From Myxococcota bacterium (GTDB taxonomy: Bacteria; Myxococcota_C; UBA6777), in NCBI GenBank assembly GCA_023150835.1, contig JAKLKB010000010.1:1-64000 (forward strand): a stretch of DNA of 64,000 nucleotides. Reading direction: 5' to 3'. The stretch's first letter is position 1. Every line of letters begins with the position of its first letter. The notes beneath the pieces were generated by a model. That model did not search any database and had not been told where the DNA came from. It saw only the letters and a list, made by a program, of their open reading frames with translations. Made by a program: the position numbers and the translations under genes. Positions 56,553 to 64,000 of this stretch are shown piece by piece.

Positions 56553-56678
56553 TGATACGATATCCGAGACACGCGCACACGAAGGGTCGGTGCGATCCGC
56601 TGTAGACGCCCTGTTTTTGGGCAGCCACAGGGGACTGCCCCTACATCGTTCGATCACACTACGGCGGATTTCGTATGA
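56553..56678. mobile_element. MITE-like element, family B, copy 4 (contains a REP)
   Basis: atacgatatccg...gggcagccacaggggactgcccctac..cgatcacac..gcggatttcgtatga. Confidence 0.7.
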
Positions 56679-56742
56679 CGATTCTATATGGTGGCTTTCG
56701 GAACGATAGCAAGAAAATTCTGTGTGGACTTGTGCGTCTCGG

Positions 56743-57654
56743 TCAGTCTGCGGGGTTCCACCCCACGCATCGCGTCTCGCTGTTGGTGGCATCGCGTGGA
56801 GCATCATAATTGAAGAGGGTTTGCCCCATCAACAAGGGCTGCCCTATGGGCAGAGGTTGCGTGATCTTCTCGGTGGGAAGGGCTTCTTGGAAAGCAGGAG
56901 GTAGCAATAAAACAACCGTCGATCCAAACGAAAAATGCGCGATCTCGTCGCCTTTTTTTCTGGTTTGTTGGGGGAGATAAGGTTTTGCGTGCCTCCATTG
57001 TGCGGTGTCGTGGTCGGTGAGATGGATGGAACCGATGAGACTGGCCCCGACAAGCGTCATCAAAAACGGGCTGCCTTGGGGAGTTCGGCAACACAGCGTG
57101 GCGCGTTCGTTTCGCTCGTATATCCGAGGGATATGGTGGATCGCGTCTGGATTTTGTGGAAAAAAACGCCCGGGCAACCACAAGACGCGTTCGAGGATCG
57201 CGTCGTATGGCAGGTGGATACGGTGGTATCCGTTGGGCGTAAGAAAGATCGTGTAGTAGACGCCGCCTGCGTACTCTTGCAAAGCTTCGTCGTATCGGGA
57301 GCCATTGACCATCTGCTTGATTGAGATCGGCGAGCCTTTGACTTGAAGTATCGTATCGGCTTCGATCTTGCCGTGTGCAAGGAGGATTCCATCGACGGGC
57401 GACAAAAAGCCTTCGCGAAAGGGCCTTGCTTCGGGCTTGATACGGCGCAAGAAAAAATCTTCGATAGAGGAGTACGTTGTCTCTTCAAATTCTTGCATGG
57501 GGATGGCGGCTCGTTTGATCCAGAGGCGGATCAGGCGTTGGATCAGCCATCGGGGGCGTCGGGCTTGCATCAAGTACCGCGCACAATGGTTGAGGAATGT
57601 GTGTGGAAAAAATCGATACGCTGAAAAGAAAAAAGGGCGGCGAAACAGGCTCAT
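56743..57654 (-). CDS. psd: Phosphatidylserine decarboxylase proenzyme
   Basis: FF.R.IKP.AR, SPVDG, YHRIH.P, NERA motifs and FGSTVVLL self-cleavage motif; ATGA overlap with the upstream gene. Confidence 0.92.
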   Translation of the reverse strand: MSLFRRPFFFSAYRFFPHTFLNHCARYLMQARRPRWLIQRLIRLWIKRAAIPMQEFEETTYSSIEDFFLRRIKPEARPFREGFLSPVDGILLAHGKIEADTILQVKGSPISIKQMVNGSRYDEALQEYAGGVYYTIFLTPNGYHRIHLPYDAILERVLWLPGRFFPQNPDAIHHIPRIYERNERATLCCRTPQGSPFLMTLVGASLIGSIHLTDHDTAQWRHAKPYLPQQTRKKGDEIAHFSFGSTVVLLLPPAFQEALPTEKITQPLPIGQPLLMGQTLFNYDAPRDATNSETRCVGWNPAD

Positions 57655-58910
57655 GAAGAAGATGCCTCGACAAGGTTCAAGCGTTTGAGCAACCACCAAG
57701 AGATACTGGCGCTTTTGGGGGTTTTGCGTTGCCAGATCCAATCGTGGATGAAGGCGTAAGGGGTGGGGATTTGTTGGTAAAGAGCGGCGCGATCACCGAC
57801 AAAAGCCAGAGGCAAGATCAAGATGTCGGCGTGATGGGCATGTTCGAGCATGAAATCCGCTTGGACAAAAGACACACGGCCAAGGGCGTTGGAATGGGTT
57901 TGTAATATGCTCTGGGCTTGTTGGATGTGAGTGGTTTCTTTTTCGATGATCGTAAAGGCCGTCTGTGGAAGAAGATCGAGCAAGGCCAACAAGGTACGCG
58001 GAAACAGTCCGCCGCCAACGATCACGACGTGTTGTCGGCGAGTTTCGGGGATCTCCAGTAAAAGTGCGGAAAAAGCCCGTTGATGGACAGATACCAACCA
58101 GCGCTGGAGGCGGCGGGAGCGCAAGGCGATCCGTTCAAAGTGGCCGAGGCCACGACTTTGCAAGCGATTCAACAAGAGAGGGAGGTCAGCAAGCCACCGC
58201 AAGAGGGGCGGAAAAGCGCTGATGGACTGTTGTTCTTTGGAGAGCGGCTGGCGGGAGATCTCGCTCCAATGGCAACGCGGGAACAAGTGATGTTCGGTGT
58301 GATAGCCGTCATTGAACCAGAAGAAGTTGTAGCATTGATTGTAGTAGCTAACGCCCATCCCGCGTGTTGTTTCGCGGATGTGTTCATAACGCCCTTGGAG
58401 AGAGCAAAGCCCCAAGCCGAGCAGATACCCCGGTAGATAGAGCCAAAAGAAAAACGCAGGGAGCCACCACGCCATGCCAGCCCACCACGCCAAGATCGCG
58501 AGACCTTGTAAGCCTTTTTGAGACCACCATCGGCGATAGCGCCATTGTGCGGGTTCACCTGCGTGATGCCAGAGATGGCGTTCTTTCCAAAGGACTTGAG
58601 GGATGCCAAGCAAAAGGGAGAGGTAGAGATCGAAGGCGCGGTTGAGTGCGCGGGTGCGCCAGAGAGGGTTGTGCAGGTGGTTATGCGCGATGGTGTTGGC
58701 ATTCCAACAAAGACCAAGCGCGAAGCCGAAGATCACCAAAATCGCTGGAAAGGCCGAGTGGTAGGCGATCAGCAGCGCGAAGACCGCGCCATGCAACGCT
58801 GCGGCAAAAAGCAGCCAAGCGTCCCAAGGAGAGTGACGCAGCCAAGAACTCCGATGCAGCGGGGGTTGTGGGGGAGGCTGCTCGGTTCCAAGAGAAGAGG
58901 TCGGTTCCAT
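57651..58910 (-). CDS. Membrane fatty-acid desaturase-like domain fused to a Rossmann/class I methyltransferase-like domain
   Basis: Three His boxes HNHLH, HLWHH, HTEHH; C-terminal VVIVGGGLFPRT...IIEKE...FVQADF; GAGGT RBS before ATG at 58910. Confidence 0.8.
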   Translation of the reverse strand: MEPTSSLGTEQPPPQPPLHRSSWLRHSPWDAWLLFAAALHGAVFALLIAYHSAFPAILVIFGFALGLCWNANTIAHNHLHNPLWRTRALNRAFDLYLSLLLGIPQVLWKERHLWHHAGEPAQWRYRRWWSQKGLQGLAILAWWAGMAWWLPAFFFWLYLPGYLLGLGLCSLQGRYEHIRETTRGMGVSYYNQCYNFFWFNDGYHTEHHLFPRCHWSEISRQPLSKEQQSISAFPPLLRWLADLPLLLNRLQSRGLGHFERIALRSRRLQRWLVSVHQRAFSALLLEIPETRRQHVVIVGGGLFPRTLLALLDLLPQTAFTIIEKETTHIQQAQSILQTHSNALGRVSFVQADFMLEHAHHADILILPLAFVGDRAALYQQIPTPYAFIHDWIWQRKTPKSASISWWLLKRLNLVEASSS

Positions 58911-58962
58911 GAAAACCTCTGAGGGTGGGGTGAGCAAAGGCTGCTTGCGTGGCAAAAGATGT

Positions 58963-61821
58963 TTAGCGCACGATCTTTCGGGTGAGTACAAGCAAGCGAC
59001 CTTTGGCGTCTTGTTTTACGCTGTCTTGTGGACCCGTCAAGGAAGGGAACGGTTGCCCATTTTTCCAGATCCCCGTGTAAAGGCGAAGCGTTGCACCCGC
59101 GAGTAGGGTGGGAGGGAGCGTATAACGCAGGCGCAGCGGGATGTATTGGCCCGTCTTCCATGCGGAAAGAGGCGGTGTGTCGGGGGAATAAGCGCGATCT
59201 GCGTTGAGGAAGATATGGGGATGCTGTTGTTCGAGGTGGAAGAAGAGTTGCCATCCTTGAGGGATGGAGCGATGGACGTAGTAGATCAGTGTGATGTCGA
59301 AGGTCTCGTTGCGCGAGGGGGCGGTGCTGTGGAGGTTATAGCCGACAAGATGAAGCCAGTCTCCAAAACGTGCGTCGAGTAAGAGTTGGACAGGGGGCCG
59401 CCCTGCACGCCAAGGAGCAGGTTTGGGGGTGATCGTGAGCATCGGAAAGCGGCGTTCTTTTTGGTCTTTGGGGGAGAGATGGAGGGCTTTGACGACGGCG
59501 CGCTGGTTGGTTTGTGCGGACCATAGGCCCACATAGAGCGTCAGAGGGGTGTGGGGGGGGATCTCGGCGGCAAGATAAAAGCGATAACGATCGAGGATAT
59601 ATTCGCCTTTTCTCCAAGAAGAAAGAGGATAACGGCCCGCCACAGGAGGGTGATCGAGATTAAAGAAGCGCTTGGGTTGTTGCCCTTCGAGATGAAAGAA
59701 GAGTTGCCATTCTGGAGGGATCGTTTGTTTGGCTTGGAAGACAAAGGTGATCTCAACGGCCTCGCCCGGGGCTGGATGGGGCGTGTGCATCTGGTAGCCG
59801 ACGATCCGCACCCATTCTTCGAGGGTGGCTTCGGTGGAGCGATCCAACGAAGGGGCTTGTGGCAAGATCGCGTTGTGGAGTTGTGTGCGGGAAGGGTATT
59901 CAAAGGACCGATTGACCGAAGTTTTCCATGCGATGAGCTGGGCTTGGGCCTGTTGGAGCATCGGTTGAAGGGCGGGCTGCTTAGCGAGATCGCGTTTTTC
60001 GAGTGGGTCGTGTGCGAGATGGTAGGCCAAGAGTGGGCTTCGGTGGTAGTTGTAGATCACCTTGTGATCGCCTTGACGCAAGGCCATGCAGTGCTTTTCA
60101 AACCAACACGTCATCTTGATCGTGCGATCTTTTGGGACGGGTCGCAACAAGCTGTAGCCCGGCAGCCGTCCCCCATGCACCGAGACGCCGAGCAGATCGG
60201 CGACTGTAGGCAAGAGATCGATCTGTTGGCGGAGTCCTCGGATCTTGCGTGCTTTTGGAAAGAGCTTGCGGTTGTAGATCAGCGCGGGGATGTGGACGAT
60301 CTCTTCCCACATCCCGTTTCCGTGTTGATATAAGCCGTGTTCACCGAAGGCTTCGCCATGATCGGACACAAACACAAACACGGTGTTCTCGATCAGACCG
60401 CGTTTTTCAAAGCCTGCAAAGACTTCTTTGATAAATTCGTCCGTGTAGCGGAGGGATTGGAGATAATCGTCATACTCTGTGCCGCGCTTGGCTCCGAGAG
60501 GGCGTCGAGGATAGGTGGGCGGCGTGGTGTAGCCGTGATGAGAAGTCAGCGTATGATAGGCCAAAAAGAAAGGTTGTTTGTCTTTTTGGATCTGATCGAG
60601 CCACGCAAAGCTCGGTTTGAGCAAGATGCGATCTTCATAGCCAAAATAATTGGTGCGGAAAAAGCCGTCAGTCGGGAGATCTTCGAGGATGCGTATCGTC
60701 GAAAAGCCGATATTGCGGGCGAGTTGGTCGTAATTTTCAAATCGTGCGGTGGCGGGGTGAAAGATCGCGGTCTTGTATCCGAGCGGTTCGAGAAGAGAGG
60801 GGAGGCAGCGAGCGGGGATCCCGCCGACTTCGGACTCGACGACGTGCATCGTGATCTTGGGATAGATCCCGCAAAAGATCGCGGCGACGGCTTTGGAAGT
60901 GTGCGGGACGACAGGGTACATTGATTCGACTTGCAAGCCTTGTTGGGCGAGAGAAGCGAGAAAGGGCATCGTTTGAAGGCGCGGATCGGCGAGCGGGGTA
61001 GAGCGTTGGCGAATGGACTCCAAGACCACGATCACGATGTTGGGGCGGCGGGTTTGAGCGGTGGGCAAAAACCGCAGGTGTTGGGCATCAAAGAGCGGCG
61101 GTTCTTTTTGTTGGAGACGCGCCTTTTCGAGTGCTGCAAGTTTGCGATCTTGCAAGCCTTCGCGCAGCCATCGCAGAAAATAATTTTCTTGGATGGCGGC
61201 GAGTTGGCTGTTGTGAGCACGCGGAGTCCACGCTTGAGAGGCCAGCAGAAAAACGGCCAAAAGCAGCAATCCTACAGGCGAAAACAGAGAAAAGCCGGCG
61301 GCTTTTTTTTCGAGACGATCGCGGAGTCTGGGGTGCTGTTGCAGCCAACGTGGAAACCACAACAACCCAAGCGGCAACCCCAAAAGGAGTCCATGCCAAG
61401 GGGTGATCTGGCCCCACAAAAGCGAAGACAGCATCCAGATCTGTTGCGCTCCGTAAAGCATGATCTCCGCGCTGACCAAGGTTCGGGTGGTTCGGAAAAA
61501 TTGGTGTTCGACAAGTGCGAGCAAGATCAGAGAAAGAACGAGCGTATCAAGGCAAAAGTAAGCAATACGCTTGACCCAAAGGTGATCGTTTTCCAGAACA
61601 AGCAGAAAAAAGATCGCCACCAAAAGCAAGAGCAAGAGATCGCGCAAAAAGGATATCCCCAAAATCAGAGGTTGTGCAAAGGCCGATGTATGGGTGAGGA
61701 TGGAGATCTTTTCATATTTGAGAAACAGCAGCAAAAGCGCAAAAGCGCCAAGCAAAAAGAACACACGAAAGCTTTCTTTGCGAGAGAAAGGCTGGAACCA
61801 AAGAGAGAGAGGCTTTGTCAA
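58963..61821 (-). CDS. LTA-synthase/sulfatase-family membrane protein with two C-terminal beta-sandwich domains
   Basis: Five N-terminal TM helices; NIVIVVLES, PHTSK (Thr nucleophile position), TLTSHH and SDHGEAFGEH motifs; two WQLFFHLE domains; TTG start overlaps the upstream TGA. Confidence 0.85.
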   Translation of the reverse strand: MTKPLSLWFQPFSRKESFRVFFLLGAFALLLLFLKYEKISILTHTSAFAQPLILGISFLRDLLLLLLVAIFFLLVLENDHLWVKRIAYFCLDTLVLSLILLALVEHQFFRTTRTLVSAEIMLYGAQQIWMLSSLLWGQITPWHGLLLGLPLGLLWFPRWLQQHPRLRDRLEKKAAGFSLFSPVGLLLLAVFLLASQAWTPRAHNSQLAAIQENYFLRWLREGLQDRKLAALEKARLQQKEPPLFDAQHLRFLPTAQTRRPNIVIVVLESIRQRSTPLADPRLQTMPFLASLAQQGLQVESMYPVVPHTSKAVAAIFCGIYPKITMHVVESEVGGIPARCLPSLLEPLGYKTAIFHPATARFENYDQLARNIGFSTIRILEDLPTDGFFRTNYFGYEDRILLKPSFAWLDQIQKDKQPFFLAYHTLTSHHGYTTPPTYPRRPLGAKRGTEYDDYLQSLRYTDEFIKEVFAGFEKRGLIENTVFVFVSDHGEAFGEHGLYQHGNGMWEEIVHIPALIYNRKLFPKARKIRGLRQQIDLLPTVADLLGVSVHGGRLPGYSLLRPVPKDRTIKMTCWFEKHCMALRQGDHKVIYNYHRSPLLAYHLAHDPLEKRDLAKQPALQPMLQQAQAQLIAWKTSVNRSFEYPSRTQLHNAILPQAPSLDRSTEATLEEWVRIVGYQMHTPHPAPGEAVEITFVFQAKQTIPPEWQLFFHLEGQQPKRFFNLDHPPVAGRYPLSSWRKGEYILDRYRFYLAAEIPPHTPLTLYVGLWSAQTNQRAVVKALHLSPKDQKERRFPMLTITPKPAPWRAGRPPVQLLLDARFGDWLHLVGYNLHSTAPSRNETFDITLIYYVHRSIPQGWQLFFHLEQQHPHIFLNADRAYSPDTPPLSAWKTGQYIPLRLRYTLPPTLLAGATLRLYTGIWKNGQPFPSLTGPQDSVKQDAKGRLLVLTRKIVR

Positions 61822-64000
61822 GGCTGCACCTTTTTGTGCGTAGGTTCGAGGGGGAGAGAAAACAGCAGAAAGCGCTGATCGGCGGTGATCTGCGTTTTGT
61901 CAGGACCGAGGACGGGTAAGCGGCCTTTTTGGGGCGACCACATCCCGATGTACATCTTGAGAGGCCGTCCGACGGGGAAATGCGCAGGGATCGAAAAGGT
62001 GTAGGTGTCGTGAAGATACATCCCGCGCTTCCATGCGTGAAGTGGCAAAAAGCCCTGCAAGGGCGGATGATCTGCGTTCCAAAAGGCTTTGGGGTGATCG
62101 GTTTCAAGGTGAAAAAACAGCCGCCATTCGGGAGGGATCGTTTGGAGGGTGTGGAAGTAGGTGGTAAGCGTGAGGCGAGTTTGTGGGCTGGGTCTTGTGG
62201 TGGAGAGCTGGTAGCCAAGGACGCGCAGATAAGGGCCGAACTGGGCTTGTTTGGGGAAAGCCACGATCGGAGGACGTTTGTGCATCATCTGGCCGATGCG
62301 TAAGAAACGGCGGGTTTCTTGGGTGAGCGTGTTGGAGATCTTCTGTGCGATGGGTGCAGAAAGAGGTGGCTTTTCGCGATCTTGTGGATCGGTGTGTTTG
62401 AATGGGCGAAAGTCTGTAAAAGCCCCGTGCATCCGCAGCCAGAGCTTTTTTTCTTGATCGATCCAAGCCATACGCCTGCGGTGTTGGGGAAAAGCGTACG
62501 AAGTGACAAGCAGATGCCGTTGGGGCGGAGGTGGGCGAAGAAGCGAGATGCCGTTGCTGTAGGTTTCGGGTGGAAGGGGTGTTTGTGGGGACAAAAGATC
62601 GATGACGGTGGGCCAGATATCGGGATGACCAGAGCGTTGTATCGGGCGTTGTATCGGGGTGGGAGCGCAAAGCAAAAAAGGAACTTGGGTGCGTGCGTTG
62701 ATGAAGTTGGGCGCGCCGTGTCCGAGCAGTCCGTGATCCCAGAATTCTTCGCCATGATCGCCCGTAAAGACGAGCAGGGTTTTTCGGCCTGTGCGTTGAA
62801 GCCTTGCGGCGATCTGTGCGACGAGATCATCGAGAAACAGCAGGCTGTTTTTGTAGCGGTTGAGGATCTTCTCTTTGAAGGGCAAGAGTTTGTGATCGAC
62901 GAGAAAGTGGTTGTAGTTTTCGGGCATCACGGGAAGATGGCGCGCAAAGCTCGGAGGGTACAAGTAGTTGTGGTGTGTTGCGTTGAGAAAAAGGAACAAG
63001 AAAAAGGGTTCTTTGGGCGGAGTTTTTAGAAAAGACTGGGCTTCTTGCAAGAGGCGCAGATCGTTTTGGTCGCTTCGTTGGTCGAAAAATTCTCTTTTTT
63101 GATCGAAGTGTCGAAGCAAGAGGCCCCCATGATCCCACCCTGTGAGCTTTGTAGAGACCATCGCAAGGGAGCGATAGCCATTTTTTTTGAGCAGTCGCAA
63201 CGGATATGGGGCGATATCGTGCTTGTGAAAAAAAGTGAGGTGGTAGGCGTGCAAGCCGTACAGGAGAGAGAACAGCCCCCACGTTGTGCTGTGCCCGCCC
63301 GAATGGTGTTGTGAAGAGACGAGACATCCACGTTGTTGGGCGATCTGTGTGATCTGTGGCATCCACGCGGGTTGAAGCATATCGCCACGCAGAGATTCCC
63401 CTGCAATAAAGACGATATCAGGACGTTGTGCGAGCGTTGGGGGCTGTTGTGCAGCGATATGAGGATAACGAACGGTGACAAGGGAGGTGGGGAGTGCAGA
63501 GGCTTGGGAAAGGCGTTGAAAGAAAGGCAAGGCTTCTGCAAAAGCAGTCGAAGATCGGGCTTCTTGGTGAAGTTTCCACAAAAAGAAGGGGGCGGTTGCT
63601 CCAAAGCTGCTGAACCACAGGGCAAAGGTGGAGATCCGTGTGTGGCTTGCGAGCGAGCGACACAGGCGCAAACAAAGGGCTTGAAGGCAGAGGAGCAAGA
63701 CAAAGCCGCCCAAGATCGAGGCATAGGTGATCGCGCTGATCTGGGTTTCTCGCTGAAAACTCGGATTCGTAAGGGCTTTAAGCACATAGTCGCTTTCGAG
63801 GTGAAGCCCCAACTCGCGGTAGGTTTTGGCATCGATCCACACATAAACCCAAACAGCGGAGAAAAACAGCGTCACCGCAGGCTCGAACAGCCATCGGGCC
63901 GAGCGAGTAGAACATCGAGCCGCAGCGGTACCCAACAAGCCCACGAAAAGCGCCACCAACGAACAGACCGAAAGACACGCCGCCGACGCAATACACGGAT
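61818..64000 (-). CDS. YejM/PbgA-like sulfatase-fold membrane protein, 5'-truncated by the window edge
   Basis: HHSGGHSTTWGLFSLLYG, RYKNSL..LD and TGDHGEEF..HG motifs; frame open to position 64000; one WRLFFHLE domain at the C-terminus. Confidence 0.8.
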   Translation of the reverse strand, partial: PCIASAACLSVCSLVALFVGLLGTAAARCSTRSARWLFEPAVTLFFSAVWVYVWIDAKTYRELGLHLESDYVLKALTNPSFQRETQISAITYASILGGFVLLLCLQALCLRLCRSLASHTRISTFALWFSSFGATAPFFLWKLHQEARSSTAFAEALPFFQRLSQASALPTSLVTVRYPHIAAQQPPTLAQRPDIVFIAGESLRGDMLQPAWMPQITQIAQQRGCLVSSQHHSGGHSTTWGLFSLLYGLHAYHLTFFHKHDIAPYPLRLLKKNGYRSLAMVSTKLTGWDHGGLLLRHFDQKREFFDQRSDQNDLRLLQEAQSFLKTPPKEPFFLFLFLNATHHNYLYPPSFARHLPVMPENYNHFLVDHKLLPFKEKILNRYKNSLLFLDDLVAQIAARLQRTGRKTLLVFTGDHGEEFWDHGLLGHGAPNFINARTQVPFLLCAPTPIQRPIQRSGHPDIWPTVIDLLSPQTPLPPETYSNGISLLRPPPPQRHLLVTSYAFPQHRRRMAWIDQEKKLWLRMHGAFTDFRPFKHTDPQDREKPPLSAPIAQKISNTLTQETRRFLRIGQMMHKRPPIVAFPKQAQFGPYLRVLGYQLSTTRPSPQTRLTLTTYFHTLQTIPPEWRLFFHLETDHPKAFWNADHPPLQGFLPLHAWKRGMYLHDTYTFSIPAHFPVGRPLKMYIGMWSPQKGRLPVLGPDKTQITADQRFLLFSLPLEPTHKKVQP

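Overview
Core-chromosome window from a likely Myxococcota (or related delta-proteobacterial predator) genome. All calls come from reading motifs by eye; no searches were run. The dominant feature is an ~18 kb gliding-motility-type locus. On the minus strand it runs cglB-like VWA lipoprotein, one GltA/B-like beta-barrel, gltC-D-E-F-G-H-like genes and an extra TPR lipoprotein, with divergent cglC/gltK-like and gltJ/agmX-like genes. Housekeeping and envelope genes include tex, smc-ftsY, a yfgM-bamB-like pair, a tRNA(CAT), a Ser/Thr kinase, a JAB peptidase and a GAF-GAF histidine kinase. The most unusual items are: (1) a stand-alone overlapping murG-mraY pair, where MurG has a C-terminal HEAT-repeat extension and MraY has a 12-Cys insertion in a periplasmic loop; (2) a probable lipid/envelope-modification operon (YejM-like, LtaS-like, desaturase-methyltransferase-like fusion, phosphatidylserine decarboxylase); (3) a small ORF with a RAPP arrest-peptide-like motif directly upstream of gltF; (4) a GTPase/pseudo-GTPase membrane pair; (5) two families of dispersed non-coding repeats, a ~125-bp structured element and a TIR-bounded REP-carrying MITE; (6) a frameshifted HEPN gene. 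No CRISPR array, transposase, integrase, reverse transcriptase or prophage was found.
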